Source: Oscillospiraceae bacterium (lineage in GTDB: Bacteria; Bacillota; Clostridia; Oscillospirales; Oscillospiraceae). From it: 64,000 nucleotides of DNA. How positions within the stretch are numbered: position 1 is the first letter of the stretch; every line of letters begins with the position of its first letter. The position numbers and the translations under genes were made by a program. The notes below the pieces were generated by a model. That model ran no database searches. It saw only the letters and a list, made by a program, of their open reading frames with translations, and had not been told where the DNA came from. The stretch spans positions 5,842 to 69,841 of the forward strand of contig WQSX01000011.1 in assembly GCA_009787625.1 (NCBI GenBank). Direction: 5' to 3'. This document shows, one piece after another, positions 15,919-24,151 of the stretch.

Positions 15919-16290
15919 ATGAACATAACAGATCAAGCGATTCAAAAGCTCGAAGAGGAACTCAAAAACGTAAAAGGTGACCAAAAAGTCAATGCAGTGA
16001 AATCGCATGTTGCTGAAAATCTTACATACTTCAGTAAGCAAGATGCTGAATTTGCGCAAGCAATTGTCCAGTCTGAAAAGACTCTTGGTGATTGCTGTGC
16101 CGAAATCATGAAAGGGTGCGGGAATGCAATCTCGGACCTTGAAGTTTACAGAAAAGCTGTGCAATTTTATTTTCCGGGATCGGATATTAAAATGCACATG
16201 ACGATAAACAAATGCGCTTCAGTGGGCGGCGATGACTCGCAACTTGTTGAAGATTCAAAAATAACAATCGACCTGACTGACTTTCTGTGA
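15919..16290 (+). CDS. PcfK-like / AcrIIA9-family-like protein
   Basis: 123 aa. 'EKTLGDCCAEIMKGCGNAISDLEVYRKAVQFYFPG' resembles the PcfK-like core as I recall it. It sits directly upstream of a PcfJ-like gene, as in pCF10. Confidence 0.45.
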   Translation: MNITDQAIQKLEEELKNVKGDQKVNAVKSHVAENLTYFSKQDAEFAQAIVQSEKTLGDCCAEIMKGCGNAISDLEVYRKAVQFYFPGSDIKMHMTINKCASVGGDDSQLVEDSKITIDLTDFL

Positions 16291-16298
16291 GGTGCGCC

Positions 16299-18062
16299 AT
16301 GACAAGCAGAGAGAAAGAAATAAAAAGAGCCGAGGCACTGACAGCATCATCGTTTAAGCTAACCGATAGCGATATGAAAAAAATAAATGGCTTGTTCAGG
16401 GCATATATTTTCAGGAGAAAAAAGACTCGTGAGCTCTGGACTACGTGTTGTCACCGGCATGAAGTCGTACCGGAGACGGAGTACAGCGATGATATTTACA
16501 GGATAATGAACGCCGAGCATCACAGCGAAACAGAGCGTATTCCAACAGAGCACGGCCCAGACTACCGTACAGTAAAACGTGACAGCGAATTTTATACTAA
16601 GCCGTGCCCGTTTTGCGGAGCGGGTGTCTTTGTAAAAGAACTCGGGCGCACAGGGAAACGTGATAATCTTGCAGAGTATCAGCAGGTAACTATTTTTCGG
16701 TGGCATAGAAAGGCGCTTTGGGTAAAATCTCTCTTTTTATCAAAAAAATACTCCGAGAATCCTGATGTTATTAAAGGTGCTCTTGTTGGAAATCCTAATG
16801 TTTCACTGCACAAAGTATACCGGTTTAAACCGGGCGAAGCAATTTGTGCACACAAGAGTTACTACTCTCCAAAAATTGATATAGTGACTGAAAAGCCTGA
16901 AAAATTGCCTATGCAGTTCTTTGAATCATTTTCAGACTACGGCGGGTCTTACTTTAATGAGCATACATATTTTGGGGTAGATGAAGTTGAGTATAGTCCA
17001 TTTAAGTATTGCGGGTTCAATGACTTTTTTGACATATACGGCTCACCAATGAGGTTTTTGGCCATATGCTGCATATTCCCCCGACAGGTGGAAATGTTGA
17101 TGAAAACAAACATGGCTCAAGCCGTCAACGACTTAGTTGTAGGAAGGCGGTGGAACGCGGCGGCTTTCTCTTGGAGCGAAGAAAATCCGCTTGCATCATT
17201 CGGGCTCAGTCGTGAAGAAATGAAAGTGTACCTAGAGTCAGATAAACGTATTGATTCACTTGTCAAGTACAAGCAATTCAAAAGAGCTGGCATAAAATGT
17301 GAGATTGCAGATTTTGATGAGCTCTATCGCAAAATATCGTTCATACGGAGTGAGCCGGTTTTAAAGCACATCAAAAAACTTAAAATCAAGCCTGCAAAGT
17401 TTATGGGCTATCTACACGATGAATCGTCAACACGAGTATATGCGGGATTTATCGCGGAAATGGCTATAGATGAAATGGCTCAATATTGGATTGACTATCT
17501 CGATGCCGCCGTTTTCTTAGGATTAGACCTGAAAAACTCGCTTGTGCAGATGCCGAAAGACCTTATCCGAAAACATAACGAAACAACTCAAACTGTTGTT
17601 GATATAAAGGAAAGAGAAACCGCACAGCAAAACAGGGAGCTGCATTTACAACAACAAGTCGACCTGAAGCGAAGAAAGAAAAAATACGAGTACAGCTACG
17701 GTGGGTTCATCTTCAAAATGCCTACAGACCCAAATGAGATTATTGAAGAGGGCAAAGCACTCAAACACTGTGTAGGAGGGTATGCCGACCGCCACATGAG
17801 CGGCAAGTTGACATTAATCTTTTTTAGGGCTGAAGCTGATCCGCACCAGCCTCTTGCAACAATCGAAATGAACGGAATAAACATGGTTCAAATGTACGGA
17901 TATAACAACGATGTAGGTGTAGAAAAAGCAAAAGATAAATATGCAAAAATCCTCAGCCCATGGCTTGCATGGCTGAAAGCCGGAAGTAAGCGAGATAAAA
18001 AAGGACAGCCAGTCAACCCAAGACGAAAAGTTACACACCAAAAGCTTGAAAAAGTGAGTTAA
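16299..18062 (+). CDS. PcfJ-like domain protein
   Basis: C-terminal 'EGKALKHCVGGYADRHMSGKLTLIFFR...ATIEMNG...MYGYNN' fits the PcfJ signature. An N-terminal Zn-ribbon-like 'CPFCGAG' is present. GAGGTG precedes ATG 16299. Confidence 0.7.
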   Translation: MTSREKEIKRAEALTASSFKLTDSDMKKINGLFRAYIFRRKKTRELWTTCCHRHEVVPETEYSDDIYRIMNAEHHSETERIPTEHGPDYRTVKRDSEFYTKPCPFCGAGVFVKELGRTGKRDNLAEYQQVTIFRWHRKALWVKSLFLSKKYSENPDVIKGALVGNPNVSLHKVYRFKPGEAICAHKSYYSPKIDIVTEKPEKLPMQFFESFSDYGGSYFNEHTYFGVDEVEYSPFKYCGFNDFFDIYGSPMRFLAICCIFPRQVEMLMKTNMAQAVNDLVVGRRWNAAAFSWSEENPLASFGLSREEMKVYLESDKRIDSLVKYKQFKRAGIKCEIADFDELYRKISFIRSEPVLKHIKKLKIKPAKFMGYLHDESSTRVYAGFIAEMAIDEMAQYWIDYLDAAVFLGLDLKNSLVQMPKDLIRKHNETTQTVVDIKERETAQQNRELHLQQQVDLKRRKKKYEYSYGGFIFKMPTDPNEIIEEGKALKHCVGGYADRHMSGKLTLIFFRAEADPHQPLATIEMNGINMVQMYGYNNDVGVEKAKDKYAKILSPWLAWLKAGSKRDKKGQPVNPRRKVTHQKLEKVS

Positions 18063-18081
18063 AAAGAAGGAGAAATGACAA

Positions 18082-19149
18082 ATGGCCAAAGTAAGCACAA
18101 AAAAGACAGAAACACAAGAAGTGAGCTCCGAAATTGCGAGCGGGGCAATTACCGAAACACGCGACATTGAAATCATAGCTGAAGAAATCCAATTTTACAA
18201 ACGGCAGGCAGGGCAATCAATTATAGAAATAGGTATTCGGCTCAATGAGGCAAAAGCCCAGCTTGAGCATGGCGAGTGGACTGAATGGCTTAAAAAAAGA
18301 GTCGATTTTTCCGAGAGATCTGCACAGCGATTTATGCGCCTCGCCCTCGAATACAAAACCGCCACGGTGACGGACTTGGGCGCGGGCAAAGCACTGGCAC
18401 TACTGGCACTACCACCCGAAGAGCGTGATGAATTTATCGAAGAAACTCACGATGTCGGTGGAGAGGAAAAGTCGGTCAAAGACATGAGTAAGCGTGAGCT
18501 TGAAAAAGCCGTCAAAGAGCGGGCTGAGGCTATTAAGGCACGTGACGCGGCCGAGCAGATAGCCAAGGAAACCGAAGAGGAAATTCAGGCACTCAAACAG
18601 CAACTCGAAAATGCCAACTTAGAGGCATCACGAGCGCAAGGGGTTGCTGAAGCCGCCAAAAATGATGCAAGGACTCTTGAAGCCCAGCTGGAGGAATTAA
18701 AAAACGCCGATACGACTCTTCCTGATGAAGAGGGCCAACAGATGATGGAGTCTATGCGCAAAGAGATTGCGGCGGAGGCTAAAAAGGAAGCCGAGGCAAA
18801 ACTCAAAAAGAAAATTGATAAAGCTGATGCGGAAAAGGCAGAGGCCGAAATCAAATTAAAAGAAGCAGAGGACACCGCTGCGAGACTCACAAAAGAAGCT
18901 GAGAATGTCAAGCGTCAGGCTGAAGAAAAAGTTGAGAAGCTCCAAAAGCAACTTAAAGCAGCATCATCCGAACATATAACAATATTCAAAACCCACTTCG
19001 CAAACTCCCAGACCTGTATCAACAGCATGTTGGAATGTATAGAAAACCTCAAAGATGCTCCGGAGATGCAAGACAAGCTTAAAACCGCACTTCGTACATT
19101 ATGCGAAACTACTCTGAAAGGTCTACCGGAGGATAGCGGTGAAAACTAA
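18082..19149 (+). CDS. DUF3102-family protein with long coiled-coil C-terminus
   Basis: 'IIEIGIRLNEAKAQLEHGEWTEWLKKRVDFSERSAQRFMRLA' is characteristic of DUF3102. It is followed by a Glu/Lys/Ala-rich coiled coil. Confidence 0.7.
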   Translation: MAKVSTKKTETQEVSSEIASGAITETRDIEIIAEEIQFYKRQAGQSIIEIGIRLNEAKAQLEHGEWTEWLKKRVDFSERSAQRFMRLALEYKTATVTDLGAGKALALLALPPEERDEFIEETHDVGGEEKSVKDMSKRELEKAVKERAEAIKARDAAEQIAKETEEEIQALKQQLENANLEASRAQGVAEAAKNDARTLEAQLEELKNADTTLPDEEGQQMMESMRKEIAAEAKKEAEAKLKKKIDKADAEKAEAEIKLKEAEDTAARLTKEAENVKRQAEEKVEKLQKQLKAASSEHITIFKTHFANSQTCINSMLECIENLKDAPEMQDKLKTALRTLCETTLKGLPEDSGEN

Positions 19150-19154
19150 GGCTA

Positions 19155-19172
19155 TACATTATATATAATGTA
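19155..19172. repeat. perfect 18-bp AT-rich palindrome TACATTATATATAATGTA (copy 1; 20 bp with flanks)
   Basis: Self-complementary by inspection. An identical copy lies at 19799-19816. Confidence 0.9.
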
Positions 19173-19217
19173 TAACAAAATATAAGTATAGTTATTTAAC
19201 GAAGGGAAAAGGAATAT

Positions 19218-19349
19218 ATGATAAGAATATCGAATGATGGAAAGCACCATAACGGACGCGTTGGCCAGAGAAGTGCGAAAAATTTAAAAAATCGAACACA
19301 GCGGGCTATGGCAAAAAAATCAAGAGCCAGGAATATCAAAAGGAGCTAA
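19218..19349 (+). CDS. 43-aa highly basic peptide (speculative)
   Basis: AAGGAA-type RBS. Manual translation: MIRISNDGKHHNGRVGQRSAKNLKNRTQRAMAKKSRARNIKRS. Confidence 0.3.
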   Translation: MIRISNDGKHHNGRVGQRSAKNLKNRTQRAMAKKSRARNIKRS

Positions 19350-19355
19350 CAGCCG

Positions 19356-19784
19356 ATGGAAGATAGATATTTATTCCGTGGCAAGCGGCTTGATAATGGT
19401 GAGTGGGCGCGAGGTTGTTTGATAATTTGCGGAGTCTCGGGCAAGCACTATATCTTGCACTCAGGCACAGAAATAATTGAAAGTGACAGAGTTGGCGAAG
19501 GTGGGTGTCTGCAAATGACCACTTCTCAGGTTGATCCCGCCACAGTCGGACAATGCACAGGCTTGAAAGATAAGCACGGTAAGCTAATATTTGAGGGTGA
19601 CTATATAAAAAGCAAATATGGAGTGTTGCGGATTGATTATGATTGTGGCAAGGATAAAAATGTCTGTGGATTTGTTGAGGTGAATCTATACATATTAAAC
19701 TCTATAAACGCCCAATATTGCAAAAATGTTAAAATTGTAGGTAACGCATACGACAACCCTGAAATGCACGGCATATTTTACTAA
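19356..19784 (+). CDS. YopX-family protein
   Basis: 'FRGKRLDNGEW...CTGLKDKHGKLIFEGDYI...IVGNAYDNPE' matches YopX hallmarks. Confidence 0.8.
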   Translation: MEDRYLFRGKRLDNGEWARGCLIICGVSGKHYILHSGTEIIESDRVGEGGCLQMTTSQVDPATVGQCTGLKDKHGKLIFEGDYIKSKYGVLRIDYDCGKDKNVCGFVEVNLYILNSINAQYCKNVKIVGNAYDNPEMHGIFY

Positions 19785-19798
19785 GAACGCACGACATA

Positions 19799-19816
19799 TA
19801 CATTATATATAATGTA
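19799..19816. repeat. perfect 18-bp palindrome TACATTATATATAATGTA (copy 2)
   Basis: Identical to 19155-19172. Lies 131 bp upstream of the HUH Rep gene. Confidence 0.9.
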
Positions 19817-19946
19817 GCAAACACAAAAACCAGTAAAAAGAAGATAGGGCATTGCGCCCTAATAAGGCTTGTAAGGAATAGTAAGTTAGCGACCAACGAG
19901 AGTTAACAACTTATTCAAAAACAAAGAGATTTGACGGAGTGGGTGC

Positions 19947-20771
19947 ATGAAAGCTGTTTATCGTGAACAAAGATATATCTGCGGTGATTATCTCGACGTA
20001 TATATTTACCCTGTCTATCGGAAACCAAGCTCACCCGGCGCAAAAGCCCAACCCTCGACCGAAACACAAGCAAAGCTCAATGCTCGTAATTCAACAGAGC
20101 AGCTCACGAGATTAATTCACACAAACTTCACGCCGAGAGATTTATCTATAGGCCTTGACTATGCCATAAACCCTCCGGACGATGAAACAGCAAAAAAAGA
20201 TATTCAAAACTTCATACGACGCCTGAAAAGAAAAATAAAAAAATTAGGCTTACCCGAGCTAAAATACATCGTCGTAACAGAAAAAAGCACAAGAGGCCGT
20301 TATCATCATCACATCATCATCAACGGCAACATCGACCGCGATGAAGTCGAGCGACTTTGGGGTCACGGCAGGGCAAATGCTCGAAGACTTCAATTCAACG
20401 AAACAGGCGTAGCCGATTTAGCAAAATATATTTCAAAAAGCCCAATATTCTACAAGCGTTGGTTTGCATCTCGCAATCTTGAAAGACCTTACCAGCCAAA
20501 GCCAAATGATTACAGAATCAAATCACGCCGTCGAGCGGCTGAGCTTGCGAGTGAGACCGAAAACTACAGGCTATGGGAGAAGCTCTATCCAGATCACAGT
20601 TTAGGGGAAGTTCGCCCGTTTCATAACGAAGAAAACGGCGGGGTTTATTTATTTGCGAGATTGTACCGCAAAGACAGTAAATTCATTGAGCCTCTACGAA
20701 AACGGCGGCCGGAACGTAGTCGAGATATGAGAGATGAACAATTTCAAGAATCGGGGTGGTGGCAAGCATGA
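19947..20771 (+). CDS. HUH-superfamily rolling-circle Rep-like initiator
   Basis: Motif 1-like 'LSIGLDY', motif 2 'RYHHHIIING' (HUH) and motif 3 'LAKYISK' (YxxK), in the canonical order and spacing. Confidence 0.6.
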   Translation: MKAVYREQRYICGDYLDVYIYPVYRKPSSPGAKAQPSTETQAKLNARNSTEQLTRLIHTNFTPRDLSIGLDYAINPPDDETAKKDIQNFIRRLKRKIKKLGLPELKYIVVTEKSTRGRYHHHIIINGNIDRDEVERLWGHGRANARRLQFNETGVADLAKYISKSPIFYKRWFASRNLERPYQPKPNDYRIKSRRRAAELASETENYRLWEKLYPDHSLGEVRPFHNEENGGVYLFARLYRKDSKFIEPLRKRRPERSRDMRDEQFQESGWWQA

Positions 20772-21187
20772 CACTAGAAAAACTAAAAGAGTACCGTCAG
20801 CTCAAAAAGGAATCTGAGCAATTGCGAGAGAGCCTTGAAAAGCTGGTTGAGAATAAAGACAAGTACATCCTCCATGACACGGTGGAAATGTCGAGTCGCA
20901 TAACAGGCGTGAAAAAGCTCAGCCCTGTTATCGGCCATGATAAGCATTATGCCATCACGTACGCAAAGCGCAAGCGAGCTTATAACGAACGGATAAGAAA
21001 ATGCAATAAGCAGATTTTGGAGATTGACAAGTTTATAGCAAATATCGAAAAATCAGAAATCCGTCAAATAATCGAACTCCGGTATGTCCGAGGTCTATCA
21101 TGGCGAGCCACGGCGATGCGGGTCTATGATGAGCCTAATGATAAGCGTGCTATAATGGCTATTCAGCGATTATTCAAAAATAATTAA
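20768..21187 (+). CDS. late-gene transcriptional activator (sigma region-4-like; DUF1492/ArpU/RinA-type)
   Basis: 'IRQIIELRYVRGLSWRATAMRVY...AIQRLF' is a sigma-70 r4-like HTH. It is the last gene before the packaging module. GGGGTGGTGG precedes ATG 20768. Confidence 0.6.
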   Translation: MTLEKLKEYRQLKKESEQLRESLEKLVENKDKYILHDTVEMSSRITGVKKLSPVIGHDKHYAITYAKRKRAYNERIRKCNKQILEIDKFIANIEKSEIRQIIELRYVRGLSWRATAMRVYDEPNDKRAIMAIQRLFKNN

Positions 21188-21202
21188 AAAATTTTTTCTC
21201 AC

Positions 21203-21234
21203 GTTACTTTTGTTACTTTTTCCCGTGGTACAAT
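21203..21234 (+). promoter_or_regulatory. candidate late promoter: tandem GTTACTTTT x2 plus extended -10 TGgTACAAT
   Basis: GTTACTTTT at 21203-21211 and 21212-21220. TGGTACAAT at 21226-21234. No -35 hexamer, as expected for an activator-dependent promoter. Confidence 0.45.
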
Positions 21235-21269
21235 GCTAACATGGCTTATTTGGCACAACTCCTAACTCT

Positions 21270-21310
21270 GGCACCTACAGTTTGACACGGCTGTGGGTGC
21301 CGCTTTATTT
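21270..21310 (+). terminator. terminator-like hairpin in the late leader
   Basis: ggcacctacag (21270-21280) pairs with ctgtgggtgcc (21291-21301), 11 bp with one G.U, followed by gcTTTaTTT. Confidence 0.5.
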
Positions 21311-21334
21311 AAAAAAACTAAGGGGGCACCTACC

Positions 21335-21688
21335 ATGGAAAAATCACTCATACTCAGATTCAAGAATGCAACCGACCTGCGCATCGGCATAGAAGAGAAC
21401 TCCACACTAGATATCACGAGGCATGGACGGCAAACCTCTATCAACGTCACCAATGCAGAAAAGAGTTTCACGCTTAATGCCCTTTACGATGAAATCTTAG
21501 AGCGGGCTGAAGTAAATGAAACATTTGACATTGAGTTATGCATAGACAGCATGGGCACCGCCACGTTCCCCAACATGGGGGCATCCTACCACCTGCACGA
21601 AGGAAGAGAACTTTTGAGTTTTCAATCTGCAATGGAAGATATGCTTATAACAGACCGGCCCGATCAGCCGCCACCGCCTACCGCTTAG
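21335..21688 (+). CDS. hypothetical protein (117 aa)
   Basis: ATG 21335 with AAGGGGG upstream. Lies inside track ORF 21293..21688. Confidence 0.55.
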   Translation: MEKSLILRFKNATDLRIGIEENSTLDITRHGRQTSINVTNAEKSFTLNALYDEILERAEVNETFDIELCIDSMGTATFPNMGASYHLHEGRELLSFQSAMEDMLITDRPDQPPPPTA

Positions 21689-21690
21689 TT

Positions 21691-22047
21691 ATGCAAGACT
21701 GGAATCAAAAGTTTTATTTGAGCAGAGCGTGGAAAGAATGCAGAAAAGCATATCTTGAGAGTCAGCAATACATTTGCGAGGATTGCGATGAGATAGCAAA
21801 GATTGCACATCATCATCCCATACACCTGACACCAAGCAATATCCACGACCCGAGTATAGCACTGTCGCACAGTAACCTCATGGCGCTCTGCCAAGACTGC
21901 CACGCCAAGCGGCACTCGAAGCGAGCACCGCGGCGATGGAGCTACGCCGCCGACGGCACGCTAGCGCTCGCGGACAGCCCCCCTGCATCGACCGCCGGGG
22001 GGCGGCGGCCGAATACCGACAACCGACAATCGAATAACACTCCCTAG
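21691..22047 (+). CDS. phage HNH endonuclease (packaging-associated)
   Basis: 'CEDCDEIAKIAHHHPIHL...SNLMALCQDCHAKRH' (HNH with CxxC pairs). Immediately upstream of terS/terL. Start taken at MQDWNQ. Confidence 0.8.
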   Translation: MQDWNQKFYLSRAWKECRKAYLESQQYICEDCDEIAKIAHHHPIHLTPSNIHDPSIALSHSNLMALCQDCHAKRHSKRAPRRWSYAADGTLALADSPPASTAGGRRPNTDNRQSNNTP

Positions 22048-22110
22048 CGCATACGGGGGGTGTGGTATCGCTGACCACATCGGTCAATTTTGAGAGAGGA
22101 GATTTTCATC

Positions 22111-22491
22111 ATGCCGGCACGAAAAATCTTGACCAGAGCGGACAAAATTAAGAAAGAAAAAGCGAGACTTACCAAAATTTTTAAAGGGAATGAAAAAGAA
22201 CCCGGCATTGATGAAAACAAGTTGAACACTGTAAAAACCTTAATCGACAATGCCGCTTTTATGACCGTGACGCTCGAAGAACTTCAAGAGCAAATTAACG
22301 AGAGTGGAGTTTCGGAAGATTATAAAAATGGGGCAAATCAGTGGGGGCGAAAACAAACTCCGGAAGTCGAAGTTTATATCTCCATGACACGAAATATGAC
22401 CACGATAATCAAAGAATTAGCTAACTTAGCACCTCAAAAAATGAAAAAAAATAACGAAATAATTGAGTTAATGAGGGCGAAAAATGCATGA
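22111..22491 (+). CDS. terS: terminase small subunit (P27-family-like)
   Basis: Size, position between HNH and TerL, and 'GANQWGRKQTPEVEVY'. GAGAGGAG precedes ATG 22111. Confidence 0.7.
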   Translation: MPARKILTRADKIKKEKARLTKIFKGNEKEPGIDENKLNTVKTLIDNAAFMTVTLEELQEQINESGVSEDYKNGANQWGRKQTPEVEVYISMTRNMTTIIKELANLAPQKMKKNNEIIELMRAKNA

Positions 22492-24139
22492 TAATTATAT
22501 TTTTGAGTATCACGCCAAGCTAAAAAGTGGAGAAATAACTGCGGGAAAATGGATAAAAAAAGTATATGCTCACCTCGCAAAAAACATAAAATCGGGCCAA
22601 TATTTGTTCAATGCTAACTTTGCGAATGCGAGTATCCAGTTCATTGAAACAATGTGCCACCACAGCCAGGGGCGCAATGACCTCTTGAAGCTGGAGTTGT
22701 GGCAAAAAGCTATGATTTCGGCGATTTTTGGCATAGTTGACGCGGACGGGTTGCGGGTTTTCCGTGAAATTATCGTAATCATCGGCAAGAAAAACGGCAA
22801 GTCGTTGCTTGCGGCGGCAATATTGGCGTTGATGACGTTTTTTGATGGGGAATATGGAGCACAATCATTTTGTGTGGCACCGAAGTTAGAGCAGACTGAT
22901 GCCGTGTATAAATGTTTTCATGAAATGACAAAAAGCTCGGAAACACTTCAATCATATTCGCTGAAACGTCGCAGTGACATTTATGTTCCATCACTGAATA
23001 GCTACGTAAAACCTCTTGCATTTAACTACAAAAAGGCTGATGGATTTAATCCGCATTGCGTAGTAAATGACGAACTTGGGGCATGGATAGGTGACGGCGG
23101 AATAAAGCAGTACAAGGCTCTGAAATCAGGTTCGGGAGCTCGAAAACAGCCGCTTATTTTTAACATAACCACCGCCGGTTATGCGAACGATGGGATTTAC
23201 GATGATCTTGTCTTGCGTAGCACCCGCTTTTTGAAAGGTGGAAGCAACGAGGTTAGGCTACTTCCTTTTTTGTACATGATAGATGATGAAAAGAAGTGGA
23301 ACGATATAGACGAACTAAAAAAGGCGAACCCGAACATGGGTGTCTCTGTTCCTGAGAGTTATTTCCGGGAAGAAATGGCCGTGGCTGAAATTTCCCCGGC
23401 AATGATGAGTGAGTATCTGACGAAATATTGTAACATAAAACAAAATTCAAGCGTGGCATGGCTCACAACCGGCGCGATCCAAAAGGCCTGGAAACTCGGA
23501 GCCGGAAAAAAGCTTGAAGATTTCAAAGGGTGTAGTGCGGTCGGAGGTTTAGACCTATCAAAAACGACAGCACTTACTTCATCTGCTGCGCAGATTGAAC
23601 GCAAAGGGAAAATATACTCGTTCACACAATTTTTCATGCCGGAAGATAAAGTCGCAATACTTCAAGAAGTCGATGGCGTGAGATATGACAAGTATATCCG
23701 TGAAGGCATTTTGACCGTGAGCGGCAAGAGCCAAGTGAATTATAAAGATGTGCTTAACTGGTTTTTGTGGCTTCGTGACGAGTATAAAATTTACTTTCCA
23801 AAAATTGGCTATGACCGTTACAGTGCAGGATATTTGGTAAACGATTTAATAAGCGCAGGCTTCGATGTGGATGATGTAATTCAGGGAACAAACCTGATGC
23901 CGGTCATTGACGAATTCGAGGGTATTATCAACGATGGCAAATTTGCAATTGTTGACAATGATTTGCTTGCAATACATTTTCTCAACACTGCAATGAAACA
24001 AGACGGACTTACCCGCAGATTTAGACCTGTGCAGATAGCACAGCGTGCGAAGATAGATGGGTTCGTCTCAAATATCTGTGCAATGACGGTGCGTCAAAAA
24101 CACTATGAGGAAATCAAGTATTATCTGTCAAACGAATAG
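22484..24139 (+). CDS. terL: terminase large subunit
   Basis: 551 aa. Walker-A-like 'IIGKKNGKS'. Terminase_1-type architecture and position. Confidence 0.88.
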   Translation: MHDNYIFEYHAKLKSGEITAGKWIKKVYAHLAKNIKSGQYLFNANFANASIQFIETMCHHSQGRNDLLKLELWQKAMISAIFGIVDADGLRVFREIIVIIGKKNGKSLLAAAILALMTFFDGEYGAQSFCVAPKLEQTDAVYKCFHEMTKSSETLQSYSLKRRSDIYVPSLNSYVKPLAFNYKKADGFNPHCVVNDELGAWIGDGGIKQYKALKSGSGARKQPLIFNITTAGYANDGIYDDLVLRSTRFLKGGSNEVRLLPFLYMIDDEKKWNDIDELKKANPNMGVSVPESYFREEMAVAEISPAMMSEYLTKYCNIKQNSSVAWLTTGAIQKAWKLGAGKKLEDFKGCSAVGGLDLSKTTALTSSAAQIERKGKIYSFTQFFMPEDKVAILQEVDGVRYDKYIREGILTVSGKSQVNYKDVLNWFLWLRDEYKIYFPKIGYDRYSAGYLVNDLISAGFDVDDVIQGTNLMPVIDEFEGIINDGKFAIVDNDLLAIHFLNTAMKQDGLTRRFRPVQIAQRAKIDGFVSNICAMTVRQKHYEEIKYYLSNE

Positions 24140-24151
24140 AGAGGGGTACCC

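Noticed and set aside
21250-21290. Sigma-54 promoters at the TGGCAC motifs (21252, 21269)
   Set aside because: TGGCAC is present, but the obligatory TTGC element 5 nt downstream is missing in both cases.
21538-21690. N-terminal 51 codons of track ORF 21538..22047
   Set aside because: They overlap the preceding gene in another frame and are Arg/His-rich with no RBS. The HNH protein most plausibly starts at ATG 21691.
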